A DNA stretch of 64,000 nucleotides from an uncultured Bacilli bacterium. GTDB taxonomy: Bacteria; Bacillota_I; Bacilli_A; RF39; UBA660. The position numbers were made by a program, and so were the translations under genes. The notes below the pieces were generated by a model. It searched no databases. It was given only the letters and a program-made list of their open reading frames with translations, and was not told the origin of the DNA. Positions 28,389-38,652 of this stretch are shown here, one piece after another; positions within the stretch are counted from its first letter, which is position 1; each line of letters begins with the position of its first letter. The stretch is taken from positions 778-64,777 of the forward strand of contig CAKOLB010000006.1 of assembly GCA_934096125.1 (NCBI GenBank), given 5' to 3'.

Positions 28389-28790
28389 CTAAAGCAATAG
28401 TTTTTTTAATTTTTCATACCCCTTTTCTTCATTATAAAATATACTCATTGATACAACCTGATTATCAATAAAATTTGCATTTATTTTTATCTTCACCTCT
28501 TGATAATTATCCATAAAAACTTCATCTAACATATAATCACTAATACTTTCAATTCTAAATTCATACCTTTTATTATCTATTTTTATATATTTTATATTAT
28601 TTAGTATTTCTCTATCATCTATTCTTAAGTTTATATTTAACAAATTATCATAAGCATACCCTTTTGTCACATAAATATCACAAAAAGATTTATCAAGCAT
28701 ATAAACCATAAAAATAATAGCAATCAAGAAAAATATAATTAACTTCAGTTTATAGTGATATTTAATATTAATAAGCTCTAAAATACTCAT
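28389..28790 (-). CDS. small single-TM protein (putative bacteriocin accessory or immunity protein)
   Basis: N-terminal TM helix, about 100 aa outside. Overlaps the ABC transporter by 4 nt and precedes the prepeptides. Confidence 0.35.
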   Translation of the reverse strand: MSILELINIKYHYKLKLIIFFLIAIIFMVYMLDKSFCDIYVTKGYAYDNLLNINLRIDDREILNNIKYIKIDNKRYEFRIESISDYMLDEVFMDNYQEVKIKINANFIDNQVVSMSIFYNEEKGYEKLKKLLL

Positions 28791-30811
28791 AACTTAATTT
28801 CTCTTTCAAAAAACTTCCCATATCTTTTATGACTTATATAAATAATGGTTTTTCCTAAAAAATATTCTCGCATCATCTTCAAAATATTTTTTTCTTTATT
28901 TTGATCAACTTCACTTAAGGCCTCATCTAAAATAAGGATATTAAACTCTGCCATCAAGGCTCTAGCTAGCATAATTCTTTGTTTTTCCCCCCCAGATATA
29001 TCATGAGAATTATTACTTATCCAAGTATAATACCGCACCGGTTTATTATTAACAATTTCATCTACCCCACAAATCTTACATATTTCATAAAATTTATCTA
29101 AAGAAACATCTCTATCTAGCAAAATATTATCTTTAATTGTTCCACTAAAAATCTTTTCATCCTGTCCACAATATAAAATATTATCTCTAACTTGCTTCAA
29201 ACTTAAATCTCGTATATTTATTCCGCCTAAATAAATATCTCCTTTGTAATCCGTGATGTTTTGAAGTAAAATATTACAAAAAGTTGACTTTCCACATCCA
29301 CTATTTCCTTTTAAAAGTACTACTTCCCCTTCTTTAATTAAAGTTGTAAAATTTTGAAACAGAATACCACTTCCCTCATAACTAAAAGATAAACTTGAAA
29401 TATAAAGATCAAAGTGGTTATTATGAAAATCTTTACCTAGCATTTCCTCCGGAATACTCAAAAAATCATTAACTTTTAAAAGTACCGCCCGAGCATGACA
29501 AATATTTGGAACTTCTCTTAAAAATGCATCAATCTTTGCATAAACCATCACCATAAATGTATTAAAAGTAATTAAATTAGCAATAGTTATACTACCATTA
29601 TAAATATTTAAAAAAGCTAAGGCATTAAAAAGAAAAAGACCACCTTCTTTTAAACTAAAAGAAACTACTTCCAAATCATTTAAGTACCATTTTAAACTAA
29701 AGGTATCATAAATATATGCCCCTAAAACATTTTTAGTTTTCTCCAAAAACCTCCCAGTTTCTCTTAAATTTTTAATCGATGGCATCATTGTTAAATCTTC
29801 AATCACTTTATTTTGAAAATTACTTGCTACTTCCATATTTTTATAAAGCCTCTCATGTAGTTTATAACTTTTACCAAAACTAACTACTACATATAAAAAA
29901 AGCACTAAAACAAAGACTAAAAATAAGGACTTAGAAATCTTACTCAAAATAATAAATACACCGATTACAACTAATAAATCTGGAACAATCTTGATTAGAA
30001 AAAAGACCACTAAATTTTTAATATAAATCAAATCTTGAATGCGAACCATTACCTCTCCAACTTGCCTTGAAGAAATAACTTTTAAAGGGAGATTATATAT
30101 ATGACTTAAAAAATCAGCAATAAGCACCGCATCAATATTTTTAGTTAAATGATTTTCCAAATAGCTTTCAAGTTTAAACAAAAATATTCTAGCAAGCAAA
30201 ATAAATAGAAAAATTATAATTGTAAGTTTTATGAAAGAAAGGGATGCATTACTATTTATAAGCTTTAAAACCACTTGAAAGAAAAAACCATAACATAAAG
30301 TGTAAAAGGTTAACAAAAGCATTACCATAAGTATCAGGGTAACAAGACGCCTCTCCCCTTTTAACACTTTCCTTAGTATTTTATTTATCGAAATAGCATT
30401 TTTTAAAAGCACAATTTTTTGCTTAGGATAAAACACAATGACAATGCCACTCCATAACTCCTTAAATTTATCTAGCCCCATTATCACCTTACCTTTCGCT
30501 GGATCCATTAATACAACTTTATTTTTTGTGTTTTTCACAACCACCACATAATGATATCCATATTTTAAATTTAAGTGAGCAATACAAGGAAATTTGGAAA
30601 CCTCATCTATATTTTTAAGCTTAAGACCCATCGCATCAAACCCATACTTCCGACTTGCTAAAATCATATTCAAAGCTTTTGTTCCCTCTTTATTAGTATC
30701 AACATCAAGCCTAATTTTCTCAAGTGAAACATAACCTTTGTAATAGGAAATAAGCCAAAATAGGCAGCATGGTCCACAATCAGATGCATCTCTTTGTCTT
30801 ACAACTTTCAT
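28787..30811 (-). CDS. bacteriocin-processing ABC transporter with N-terminal C39 peptidase domain
   Basis: C39 DASDCGPCC with His and Asp downstream. Six TM helices; NBD with GNSGCGKST, LSGGEKQRIMLARAL and ILDEALSEVD. Confidence 0.85.
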   Translation of the reverse strand: MKVVRQRDASDCGPCCLFWLISYYKGYVSLEKIRLDVDTNKEGTKALNMILASRKYGFDAMGLKLKNIDEVSKFPCIAHLNLKYGYHYVVVVKNTKNKVVLMDPAKGKVIMGLDKFKELWSGIVIVFYPKQKIVLLKNAISINKILRKVLKGERRLVTLILMVMLLLTFYTLCYGFFFQVVLKLINSNASLSFIKLTIIIFLFILLARIFLFKLESYLENHLTKNIDAVLIADFLSHIYNLPLKVISSRQVGEVMVRIQDLIYIKNLVVFFLIKIVPDLLVVIGVFIILSKISKSLFLVFVLVLFLYVVVSFGKSYKLHERLYKNMEVASNFQNKVIEDLTMMPSIKNLRETGRFLEKTKNVLGAYIYDTFSLKWYLNDLEVVSFSLKEGGLFLFNALAFLNIYNGSITIANLITFNTFMVMVYAKIDAFLREVPNICHARAVLLKVNDFLSIPEEMLGKDFHNNHFDLYISSLSFSYEGSGILFQNFTTLIKEGEVVLLKGNSGCGKSTFCNILLQNITDYKGDIYLGGINIRDLSLKQVRDNILYCGQDEKIFSGTIKDNILLDRDVSLDKFYEICKICGVDEIVNNKPVRYYTWISNNSHDISGGEKQRIMLARALMAEFNILILDEALSEVDQNKEKNILKMMREYFLGKTIIYISHKRYGKFFEREIKL

Positions 30812-30876
30812 ATATTTTTTCTCCCTTCACTTTTTTTATTTTCCCAAATAAAAAAATGGATATTTTTTTCATCCAT

Positions 30877-31287
30877 TTATTTACACTTTTTAACACATTT
30901 CTTTTTCAAAAACAAAAAATAAAACACAATAATAAGAACGAGTGCAAGCCCAAGCGTTACCATCATTTTCTCCAAATGATAATCATTAGGTGCTTCCACC
31001 TCCAGCATCTGGGCTTCATTTTCTTTAAAGACAGCCACTTCCATTTTCTTCTTAGTTACAACTAAAGTATATCTTTCTATATTCTCCCCATCAAATACAT
31101 CTACATAAACATTATTTATATCTTCATCTAGCACATTATTACTAATTGCTACACTTTCATTTCCCTTTAACTTATAACTAATATCAAGCGTCTCCTCATT
31201 TTCATCAACTACAACTGTATAAACATTAACATATTTATCAAATAGAAGCCCCATAGTCCCATTTAAAACCTCTAAATCTTCCAGCAT
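30877..31287 (-). CDS. hypothetical C-terminally membrane-anchored protein
   Basis: Acidic N-terminus and a C-terminal TM helix with a KKKCVKKCK tail. Confidence 0.3.
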   Translation of the reverse strand: MLEDLEVLNGTMGLLFDKYVNVYTVVVDENEETLDISYKLKGNESVAISNNVLDEDINNVYVDVFDGENIERYTLVVTKKKMEVAVFKENEAQMLEVEAPNDYHLEKMMVTLGLALVLIIVFYFLFLKKKCVKKCK

Positions 31288-31325
31288 ACCCTCGCCTCAC
31301 CTCTAGGTATAGTATGCCCCAAATA

Positions 31326-32408
31326 TTAAATAATTTTCAAAAGAATTTCATTCATAATATAAATATAAATTGGATTAATATAGATATATCCCCTTTTTTT
31401 AATTAACTCTTTACTTTTTAAAAGCGGTTCTAAATTATATTCTTTTTCAATATCAACTTGATATTTCTCAAAAAACTTAGCTATATTTATTCCTTCTAAC
31501 TTCCTTAAGCCAAGCATTATTTCATAATCCATCTTCTCTTTTTTACCAAGTATTTCCCTACTTTTTACAAAATTACCTAGTAAATAATCTTTCAAACTTT
31601 TTGTATTAGTATATCTAACATCATCGATATAACCACTAGCCCCAAGACCAAACCCATAATATTCTTCATTATTCCAGTATACAAGATTATGTTTACTTTC
31701 GTATCCTTTTACAGCAAAGTTACTCACCTCATAATGATTAGCACCACTTAAAGTATTACAAATTAAATTATACATATCATAATCAAGTTCTTCTTCTATA
31801 TAACTTACATCTTTAACATAAGCCTTGGTATGTTTTTCTAAAATTAAACTATATGTACTTATATGCTCTGGCTTAAGTTCTAAAAAAAGTTCTAAATCTC
31901 TTTTTAAAGTCTTTATACTCTCCCCAGGCAAGGCATACATCAAATCCAAATTAATATTGTTAAACCCAAGTTTTCGGCACAACTTTATTTTTTCTTTTGT
32001 ATCTTTAAAATCATTACTTCTTTCCATAAATTCTAAATTCTTTTTATCAAAAGACTCAATTCCAATGCTCAATCTATTTACTTTATAATTTTTCAAAAGC
32101 AAAAGTAGTTCTTCCGTTATATCCCCAATATTACATTCAAAAGTAAACTCTTCAAGAGAGCTTGTATCAATAACTTTTAACATATCCAAAAGTTTCTTTA
32201 TCTCCTGAATTGATAACGCACTTGGAGTACCACCCCCAATATAAATGGTTCTTATTTTTTCCCCCATGTATCTATCATTTATCTCATTTTTTAACGCTTT
32301 CAAATAAACATAGACCCATTTTTCATTATAGATAAACTTACAAAAATCACAGTAGGAACAAATCGTTTTACAAAAAGGAATATGGATATATATTGCTCTA
32401 GCCATCAT
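31326..32408 (-). CDS. hemW: radical SAM heme chaperone HemW (HemN-like)
   Basis: CKTICSYCDF radical-SAM cluster and a HemN C-terminal domain. Downstream of lepA, as in Bacillus. Confidence 0.85.
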   Translation of the reverse strand: MMARAIYIHIPFCKTICSYCDFCKFIYNEKWVYVYLKALKNEINDRYMGEKIRTIYIGGGTPSALSIQEIKKLLDMLKVIDTSSLEEFTFECNIGDITEELLLLLKNYKVNRLSIGIESFDKKNLEFMERSNDFKDTKEKIKLCRKLGFNNINLDLMYALPGESIKTLKRDLELFLELKPEHISTYSLILEKHTKAYVKDVSYIEEELDYDMYNLICNTLSGANHYEVSNFAVKGYESKHNLVYWNNEEYYGFGLGASGYIDDVRYTNTKSLKDYLLGNFVKSREILGKKEKMDYEIMLGLRKLEGINIAKFFEKYQVDIEKEYNLEPLLKSKELIKKRGYIYINPIYIYIMNEILLKII

Positions 32409-32815
32409 ACTTCCTTTCGCAAAGTTCTCTTAGCTACTTCATTAACCATTTCCTCTGTTACAAGTTTTGGTTTACTCTTATGAAGAAGCAAAAACCTCTC
32501 TGTTAAATCATTTAAAACTTTCCTTTTTGTCGCCTTTTGTTCATCTGCAATTGCCTCAATACTTTCTCCATTTATTAACATATTAAAACTCTTTAATATT
32601 CTACTTTCATCTTCCTCACTAAGATTAACATCATAACTTCGCATTCTTCTTAAAACTTGATCATATTTATTTTCATCAATTCTTCGAAGCTTAACTAAAA
32701 GCAGATGATTTAATTCAGATGGAAGCATATCCATAAGTCTAGCAATACTCTTTAAAGACTTCCCGTCTATATATAAATCAGCTAAAAAAAGGATTAAACC
32801 ATTATCTTTAATCAT
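32405..32815 (-). CDS. hypothetical protein (possible HTH)
   Basis: 136 aa between lepA and hemW, with overlapping stop and start codons at both ends. Confidence 0.3.
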   Translation of the reverse strand: MIKDNGLILFLADLYIDGKSLKSIARLMDMLPSELNHLLLVKLRRIDENKYDQVLRRMRSYDVNLSEEDESRILKSFNMLINGESIEAIADEQKATKRKVLNDLTERFLLLHKSKPKLVTEEMVNEVAKRTLRKEV

Positions 32816-34605
32816 TATTTTTCATCTCCTAACACTGCTAAAAAGGCTTCTTGAGGAACTTCAACTGCTCCAACCATCTTCATTCTCTTTTTTCCTTCTT
32901 TTTGTTTTTCAAGTAGTTTTCTCTTTCGGGAAACATCTCCCCCATAACACTTGGCAAGAACATTTTTCTTCATGGCACTAATAGTCTCTCTTGCTATAAC
33001 TTTTGACCCAATGCTCGCTTGAATAGGAATTTGAAACATTTGTCTTGGGATAAGTTTTCTTAGTTTTTCCACAATAACTCTTCCTTTAGCATAAGCAAAA
33101 TCTTTATGCACAATAACACTTAAGGCATCAACGACTTCACCATTTAATAATATATCCATTTTCACAAGTTTACTTACCTTATACCCACATAAATCATAAT
33201 CAAATGAAGCATATCCTCTTGTTGTACTTTTTAACTTATCATAAAAATCATACACAATCTCTGATAAAGGTATTTCATAATGAACATTTATTCTTGTTGC
33301 ATCTATATAATCAACAGATTTATATATCCCTCTTTTACTTTGGCAAAGTTCCATAAGAGCTCCAATATATTCGGCTGGGGCAATAATACTTGTATAGATA
33401 AACGGTTCTTCAATATAACTAATTTTCGCCGTCTCTGGCATCTTCGTTGGCGAGTCCACATCCACTACACTTCCATCAGTTAAATAAACTTTATATATAA
33501 CACTTGGACTTGTTGCAATTATACCAATATTAAACTCTCTTTCAATTCTAGTAATAATAACATCCATATGTAAAAGGCCTAAAAATCCAATCCTAAATCC
33601 AAACCCTAAAGCTTTACTATTTTCCGGTTCAAAACTTAAAGCCGCATCATTTAGTTTTAGTTTATTAAGTGCTTCTTTTAACTCTTCATATCTATTTGGT
33701 TCTGTTGGAAATATTCCCGAAAACACCATTGGCTTCATTTCTTTATATCCTTTTATCGGCTCAAATGCTTCATTTCCAAAAACCGTAATAGTATCGCCAA
33801 CTGCAACAGTACTTATATCTTTTATCGCAGCACATATATAACCAACTTCACCACTTTCTAAAGATGTGCATTTTTTCTCTTTCGGAGTATGCATCCCAAG
33901 TTCAACAACTTCAAAAGTACTTTGACCAGCCATAAGTTTTATTTTATCGCCAATTTCAATCTTGCCATCCACAAGCTTCACAAGAAGAACTACTCCCCTA
34001 TAAGAATCAAAGTAAGAGTCAAAAATCAAAGCTCTAGTCGGAGCCTTTTTATTAATCTTTGGTGGCTCTATCCTTTCTATCACAGCCTTTAGTATATCCT
34101 CAACTCCCTCGCCAGTTTTACCACTTGCAAGTATTATTTCATCTTCCTTAAAACCTAAAACATCTACAAGCTCTTTTTTTACTTTAGGCACATCAGCATT
34201 CGGCAGATCAATCTTATTGATAACTGGAATTATCGTCAAATCTTGCTCCATTGCCAAATATAAATTTGCTAAAGTTTGAGCCTCTATTCCTTGCGCAGCA
34301 TCCACAACTAAAACAGCTCCCTCACAAGCCGCTAAACTTCTTGACACCTCATAAGAAAAATCAACATGCCCCGGAGTATCAATTAAATTAATAAGGTATT
34401 TCTCTTTATTATATGTATAACTTAAATTAACTGCATTAAGTTTAATTGTAATACCTCTTTCTCTTTCTAAATCCATGCTATCTAAAAGCTGATCTTTCAT
34501 CTCTCTTTTACTCACTGCCCCCGTAAGCTCTAAAATACGATCCGCAAGCGTACTCTTCCCATGATCTATATGAGCAATAATTGAGAAATTTCGTATATTT
34601 TCCAT
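32815..34605 (-). CDS. lepA: elongation factor 4 (LepA)
   Basis: G-domain AHIDHGKST and DTPGHVDF, plus the LepA C-terminal domain. Confidence 0.95.
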   Translation of the reverse strand: MENIRNFSIIAHIDHGKSTLADRILELTGAVSKREMKDQLLDSMDLERERGITIKLNAVNLSYTYNKEKYLINLIDTPGHVDFSYEVSRSLAACEGAVLVVDAAQGIEAQTLANLYLAMEQDLTIIPVINKIDLPNADVPKVKKELVDVLGFKEDEIILASGKTGEGVEDILKAVIERIEPPKINKKAPTRALIFDSYFDSYRGVVLLVKLVDGKIEIGDKIKLMAGQSTFEVVELGMHTPKEKKCTSLESGEVGYICAAIKDISTVAVGDTITVFGNEAFEPIKGYKEMKPMVFSGIFPTEPNRYEELKEALNKLKLNDAALSFEPENSKALGFGFRIGFLGLLHMDVIITRIEREFNIGIIATSPSVIYKVYLTDGSVVDVDSPTKMPETAKISYIEEPFIYTSIIAPAEYIGALMELCQSKRGIYKSVDYIDATRINVHYEIPLSEIVYDFYDKLKSTTRGYASFDYDLCGYKVSKLVKMDILLNGEVVDALSVIVHKDFAYAKGRVIVEKLRKLIPRQMFQIPIQASIGSKVIARETISAMKKNVLAKCYGGDVSRKRKLLEKQKEGKKRMKMVGAVEVPQEAFLAVLGDEK

Positions 34606-34677
34606 AAGCTAACACCCAGAAATATTTTACCAAAAGATTAAAGATAAGTCCATTTAAACTTATCTTTTTGGTCCTGA

Positions 34678-34860
34678 AATATCTATATCAAATTTATCAT
34701 AAATCCCCGGCAAAACTATTCTAGATATGAAATTGGGGCTATATCAATGCCTATGGAAAAATATAATAAACTGGCTAATTTTTATGATACATCCATTGAC
34801 TATTTAATTGGTAGAACAGATGAACGCAAACCATACCCTAAATCAATATTAAAAGAATAA
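34678..34860 (+). pseudogene. 3' remnant of an XRE-family HTH gene
   Basis: The open frame ...NPRQNYSRYEIGAISMPMEKYNKLANFYDTSIDYLIG is the second half of an HTH_3 domain. There is no start codon or N-terminal half, and its end overlaps the next gene. Confidence 0.4.
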
Positions 34861-35172
34861 ATTTTTAATAGCATCTAAAAGTCCTTTAAATCCTTTAGTA
34901 ATAAAAGTAATAAATCCTTTACTAACGCCTTCTCCCATTTTTGTAAACTTATTACTATAATTTTTATTATCATCAAGCACATAATTTTCTATATCCACAA
35001 CTTTTCCCTCCATTACATCTTTTTCAAACCTTTCTTGCTCCGCTTTTGTTAAAGCCACCTTTCCTCCTACTTTAGCTTCATAATACCCACTAACAGAAGC
35101 AATGTAAAGGCCTAAAAATATCACAAAAAGAATTCCTACTAAAGTTTTAAAAGGTTTTTTTTTCTTTTTCAT
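34849..35172 (-). CDS. YqxA-like small membrane-anchored protein
   Basis: 107 aa with an N-terminal TM helix, lying between lepA and spoIIP exactly as yqxA does in B. subtilis. Confidence 0.45.
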   Translation of the reverse strand: MKKKKKPFKTLVGILFVIFLGLYIASVSGYYEAKVGGKVALTKAEQERFEKDVMEGKVVDIENYVLDDNKNYSNKFTKMGEGVSKGFITFITKGFKGLLDAIKNLFF

Positions 35173-36113
35173 ATCATTTCTCCCATCACTTCATAAACAG
35201 CATTTGCAAGTACCTTCAAAGAATTATTAACTTCTTCTATATTATTATATTGCCCACCTACTTCAACAAGAATTGTACTGGGATGAAAATCTTGATTATA
35301 TATACCATTAACTCCAGGCCCTTTCTTAGTAAGTACTCCTCTACTTATAGATGGATTAAAAGCCTTTAACTTTTCATTTAACTTATTTGCCAAATCTAAA
35401 TTAGCTTGATAATTGTCATGTTCAAGGCCAACTACAAAAAGCATCTTAGCATATTTTTTTCCATCGATATCTAAAACTGTCCGCTCATAGCTAGCAGAAT
35501 CTCTATGTAAATCGATAAAAAACTTAAGACTAGGGTTTTCATGATAAGCATTTTCAAGTAATATTCTACTAGCCTTATAGCTTCTTCCATACTTCCAACC
35601 ATTAGCATTTAAAATATCAACTACAGCATTTTCCTCAACCACTGTCCCCAGCCCTAAATCACTTAAGTACTCTCCTAAAATATGACTAGCAAAATACACA
35701 GTATTATTTATATTAAAACTTTCTAAAAAATTACTTTGATACCCCTCTGTTTGATGCGTATTAAAAATATAAACAAGAGGCTTAGTACTTTCCTTTTTTA
35801 TATTAACATCAGTCATATTCTCCGCATTCACAACAGGCTCTATCCCCGAGTTAAAATTATCAATTCCAAAAGAATACTTCAGCAAAAACTCTGTACTACT
35901 TAAAAACTTAATATCGCTTAAATTATAGGTGCTAAAAGAATCATTAACTAAAAAGTCCAAATACTCTTCTTCGGTTAAATCCAAATTAATACTATTATAT
36001 AATATTTTAAAAATAAGGAGAAATGACCCTCCCAAACTAGCTCCCACAATTAACAATTTTAGACCCCAAAATCTACTTCTTCTTTTTTTTAACCTAACTT
36101 TCATATTTATCAC
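35169..36113 (-). CDS. spoIIP: stage II sporulation protein P (SpoIIP-like cell-wall hydrolase)
   Basis: N-terminal TM helix, YIFNTHQTEGY resembling the SpoIIP YIYHTHN.E.Y motif, and conserved context upstream of lepA. Confidence 0.7.
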   Translation of the reverse strand: MINMKVRLKKRRSRFWGLKLLIVGASLGGSFLLIFKILYNSINLDLTEEEYLDFLVNDSFSTYNLSDIKFLSSTEFLLKYSFGIDNFNSGIEPVVNAENMTDVNIKKESTKPLVYIFNTHQTEGYQSNFLESFNINNTVYFASHILGEYLSDLGLGTVVEENAVVDILNANGWKYGRSYKASRILLENAYHENPSLKFFIDLHRDSASYERTVLDIDGKKYAKMLFVVGLEHDNYQANLDLANKLNEKLKAFNPSISRGVLTKKGPGVNGIYNQDFHPSTILVEVGGQYNNIEEVNNSLKVLANAVYEVMGEMI

Positions 36114-36211
36114 AAAACTATTATAGTAAAGTTAAATAAATAATTATGTCGAATTTACTTCTTTTATCTTTATTTTTTATATTATTTCGGTATAATTAAA
36201 GTGGTGGTAAT

Positions 36212-37288
36212 ATGGAAAATATAATTAGCTACATGGAGAAAAGTAAAGATAAAACCTATAAACAAATGCCATTTAATGAACTTGATGCTTTAGTCTATGC
36301 CTTACTTCCTTATATCGATTTTTCAGGAATTTCCATGAATGAAATAACTATTAAAGAAGCATATAAAAGATTAAATCAAAAATTTTTCTTAAAAAAGAAA
36401 GATAAATTTACAGAAAAGAATAGAAACGTTTTAAAGCTTGCCGCCTTAAGTCAAAGATACTGTGATAATATCATTACAAATTATACAAAAATAAATACTA
36501 GTAGCACTCAGTTTTGTGCCCTTACAATCGTTGTTCCACATCATTTTAAGTACATTGCTTTTGAAGGAACCGATGATAACCTTGTTGGCTGGGAAGAAAA
36601 CTTTAAAATGAGCTATACATATCCAGTCGAGGCGCAAAGTCTTGCCGCTAAATATTTTCATGATAACACAAACTTTAAAGACTTGACCCTTTTTGTAGGA
36701 GGCCACTCTAAAGGTGGTAATCTCGCTGTTGCAGCAGTTATGGAAAATAATTTCTTTAAACGTTTTCAAGTTGACTACATCTTTAACTTCGATGGTCCAG
36801 GCTTTCTTTCCAACATCGAAAACAGTTGTAAATATCGTCGCATCACTTCCAAAATAAGAAATTACTATCCAGAAGATAGTTTTATCGGCATGATTTTAAA
36901 ACAAAAAGGCAAAGAAAAATATCTAAAAAGCAAAAGTCATCTTGCCTATCAACATGATGCCCACAACTGGCAAATTATAGACAATCATTTTGTTCTTGGC
37001 GAAAAGTCTAAATACAGTTTAAGTTTCCAAAAAAGAATAGATAATCTTTTCAAAGAATACGATTTAGAAAAAAGGCAAATATTTGTAACGTCCTTTTTCA
37101 CTCTTCTTTTTGCCGCTGGATATACTAAAAAGTCGGAACTAACCAAGGTAAGCATGAGCAAAATCAAAAATATTTTGAAAAATAATGCTGAGTTAGATAG
37201 TGAAAAGCGAAGCCTTATCATAAATGTCTTTAAAACCATTATAAATAACCCTGAAAATGATGAAACACAGGAAAAGTATAGAAAATAA
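36212..37288 (+). CDS. Mbeg1-like/DUF2974 lipase-fold protein
   Basis: GGHSKGGNLA nucleophile elbow and overall DUF2974 resemblance. Confidence 0.55.
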   Translation: MENIISYMEKSKDKTYKQMPFNELDALVYALLPYIDFSGISMNEITIKEAYKRLNQKFFLKKKDKFTEKNRNVLKLAALSQRYCDNIITNYTKINTSSTQFCALTIVVPHHFKYIAFEGTDDNLVGWEENFKMSYTYPVEAQSLAAKYFHDNTNFKDLTLFVGGHSKGGNLAVAAVMENNFFKRFQVDYIFNFDGPGFLSNIENSCKYRRITSKIRNYYPEDSFIGMILKQKGKEKYLKSKSHLAYQHDAHNWQIIDNHFVLGEKSKYSLSFQKRIDNLFKEYDLEKRQIFVTSFFTLLFAAGYTKKSELTKVSMSKIKNILKNNAELDSEKRSLIINVFKTIINNPENDETQEKYRK

Positions 37289-37347
37289 CTTGATAAGTTT
37301 CTAAATATTTGATAAAATTAGGAAGAAATGAGGAAGGAGCAAAGATT

Positions 37348-37611
37348 ATGCCAAATATTAAAAGTTCAAAAAAAGCTGTTAAAGTAATAGCTAAAAAGAC
37401 AACAAATAATCATGAACTTAAAATGCGTGTTCAAAACCTTATTAAAAACTGCGAAAAAGCAATTTCTGCAAATAAAGTAGAAGAAGCAGACAAATTAAAT
37501 AAAGACATTCAAAAATATATAGATAAAGCAGTTAGTAAGGGATTAATTAAGAAAAATACTGCCGATCGTCAAAAATCTAGATTGACACAAAAAATCAAAA
37601 ATATGAAGTAA
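37348..37611 (+). CDS. rpsT: 30S ribosomal protein S20
   Basis: MPNIKSSKKAV..; start reset to the ATG at 37348, which has a GGAAGGAG SD. Confidence 0.9.
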   Translation: MPNIKSSKKAVKVIAKKTTNNHELKMRVQNLIKNCEKAISANKVEEADKLNKDIQKYIDKAVSKGLIKKNTADRQKSRLTQKIKNMK

Positions 37612-37665
37612 CAATTGTTTACTTTATTTTTTTTTGCTATTATAAAAGAAGAAAGAAGGTTTGCT

Positions 37666-38613
37666 ATGAAAAACTTTTGTAAATTACTAATTGTTCTCTT
37701 GCTTTGTGGTCTTATCGCTATTTTTATCGACCCTATCACGGAAAAAATAAGTGATTTATTACAAGATAAAAAAACTTTAGTAATTAAAGAAAGTAATAAA
37801 TACACCAAAGATAAAGATTATTTATTTGTCCAAAAATCAAAAGACTACGTTCCTTATTCCTATCATGATTTATTAAACATCTACTATAGCATTATCGATA
37901 ATGGCTGGGACGAATTCACCTTTTATTGTCCTAAAGAATATACAAATTGTACCAAAGATGCGGAAAGCATAAGTGGCGATGAAATTATTTTAACTCATCT
38001 AAACAATTATGTTCACCCCTTTAATAGCTTTACCAACATCAAAAGTTCTATCAATGATAATGGTGAGATAACCCTTAAAATAAGTTATTTATATACACCT
38101 GATGAAACAAATCAAATAGATAGCAAAACCGATGAAATTCTAAGTAATATAATTAGTGATAATATGGACGACTATGACAAAATTAAAACAGTCCACGATT
38201 ACATCATAAATAATGCTAAGTATGATGTGGAAAGAAATGAAAAAAATACCAGTCCTTATAAATCATATAATGCTTATGGACCTTTATTCGAAGGCTACGC
38301 AACATGTAATGGTTACACTGATTTAATGGCTATTTTCTTAAGCAAGCTTGGATTTGATAACTACAAAATTGCCACAACACCAGAAGAAATTAGTTACTCT
38401 GCCACCGGCCACATATGGAATGCTGTTAAATACCAAAATACTTGGAAACACATTGATTTAACTTGGGATGACCCTGTTAGTAGTGACAATGCTGATTACC
38501 TCTTTCATACTTACTTTTTAGTAACAACCGAAGAAATGCATAAAGCTGACCAAGGAGAAACAACCATTGAAGAACATAACTTCAATAAAGAATATTATTT
38601 AGAATTTAATTAA
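37666..38613 (+). CDS. transglutaminase-like cysteine protease-fold protein, membrane-anchored
   Basis: ATCNGYTDLMAIFLSKLG (catalytic Cys), TGHIWNAVKY (His), DLTWDD (Asp). Start placed at the MKNFCK ATG; the ORF-track start overlaps rpsT. Confidence 0.6.
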   Translation: MKNFCKLLIVLLLCGLIAIFIDPITEKISDLLQDKKTLVIKESNKYTKDKDYLFVQKSKDYVPYSYHDLLNIYYSIIDNGWDEFTFYCPKEYTNCTKDAESISGDEIILTHLNNYVHPFNSFTNIKSSINDNGEITLKISYLYTPDETNQIDSKTDEILSNIISDNMDDYDKIKTVHDYIINNAKYDVERNEKNTSPYKSYNAYGPLFEGYATCNGYTDLMAIFLSKLGFDNYKIATTPEEISYSATGHIWNAVKYQNTWKHIDLTWDDPVSSDNADYLFHTYFLVTTEEMHKADQGETTIEEHNFNKEYYLEFN

Positions 38614-38652
38614 TCAAAAAATTGTTAGAAATCAAATCTAACAATTTTTTTA

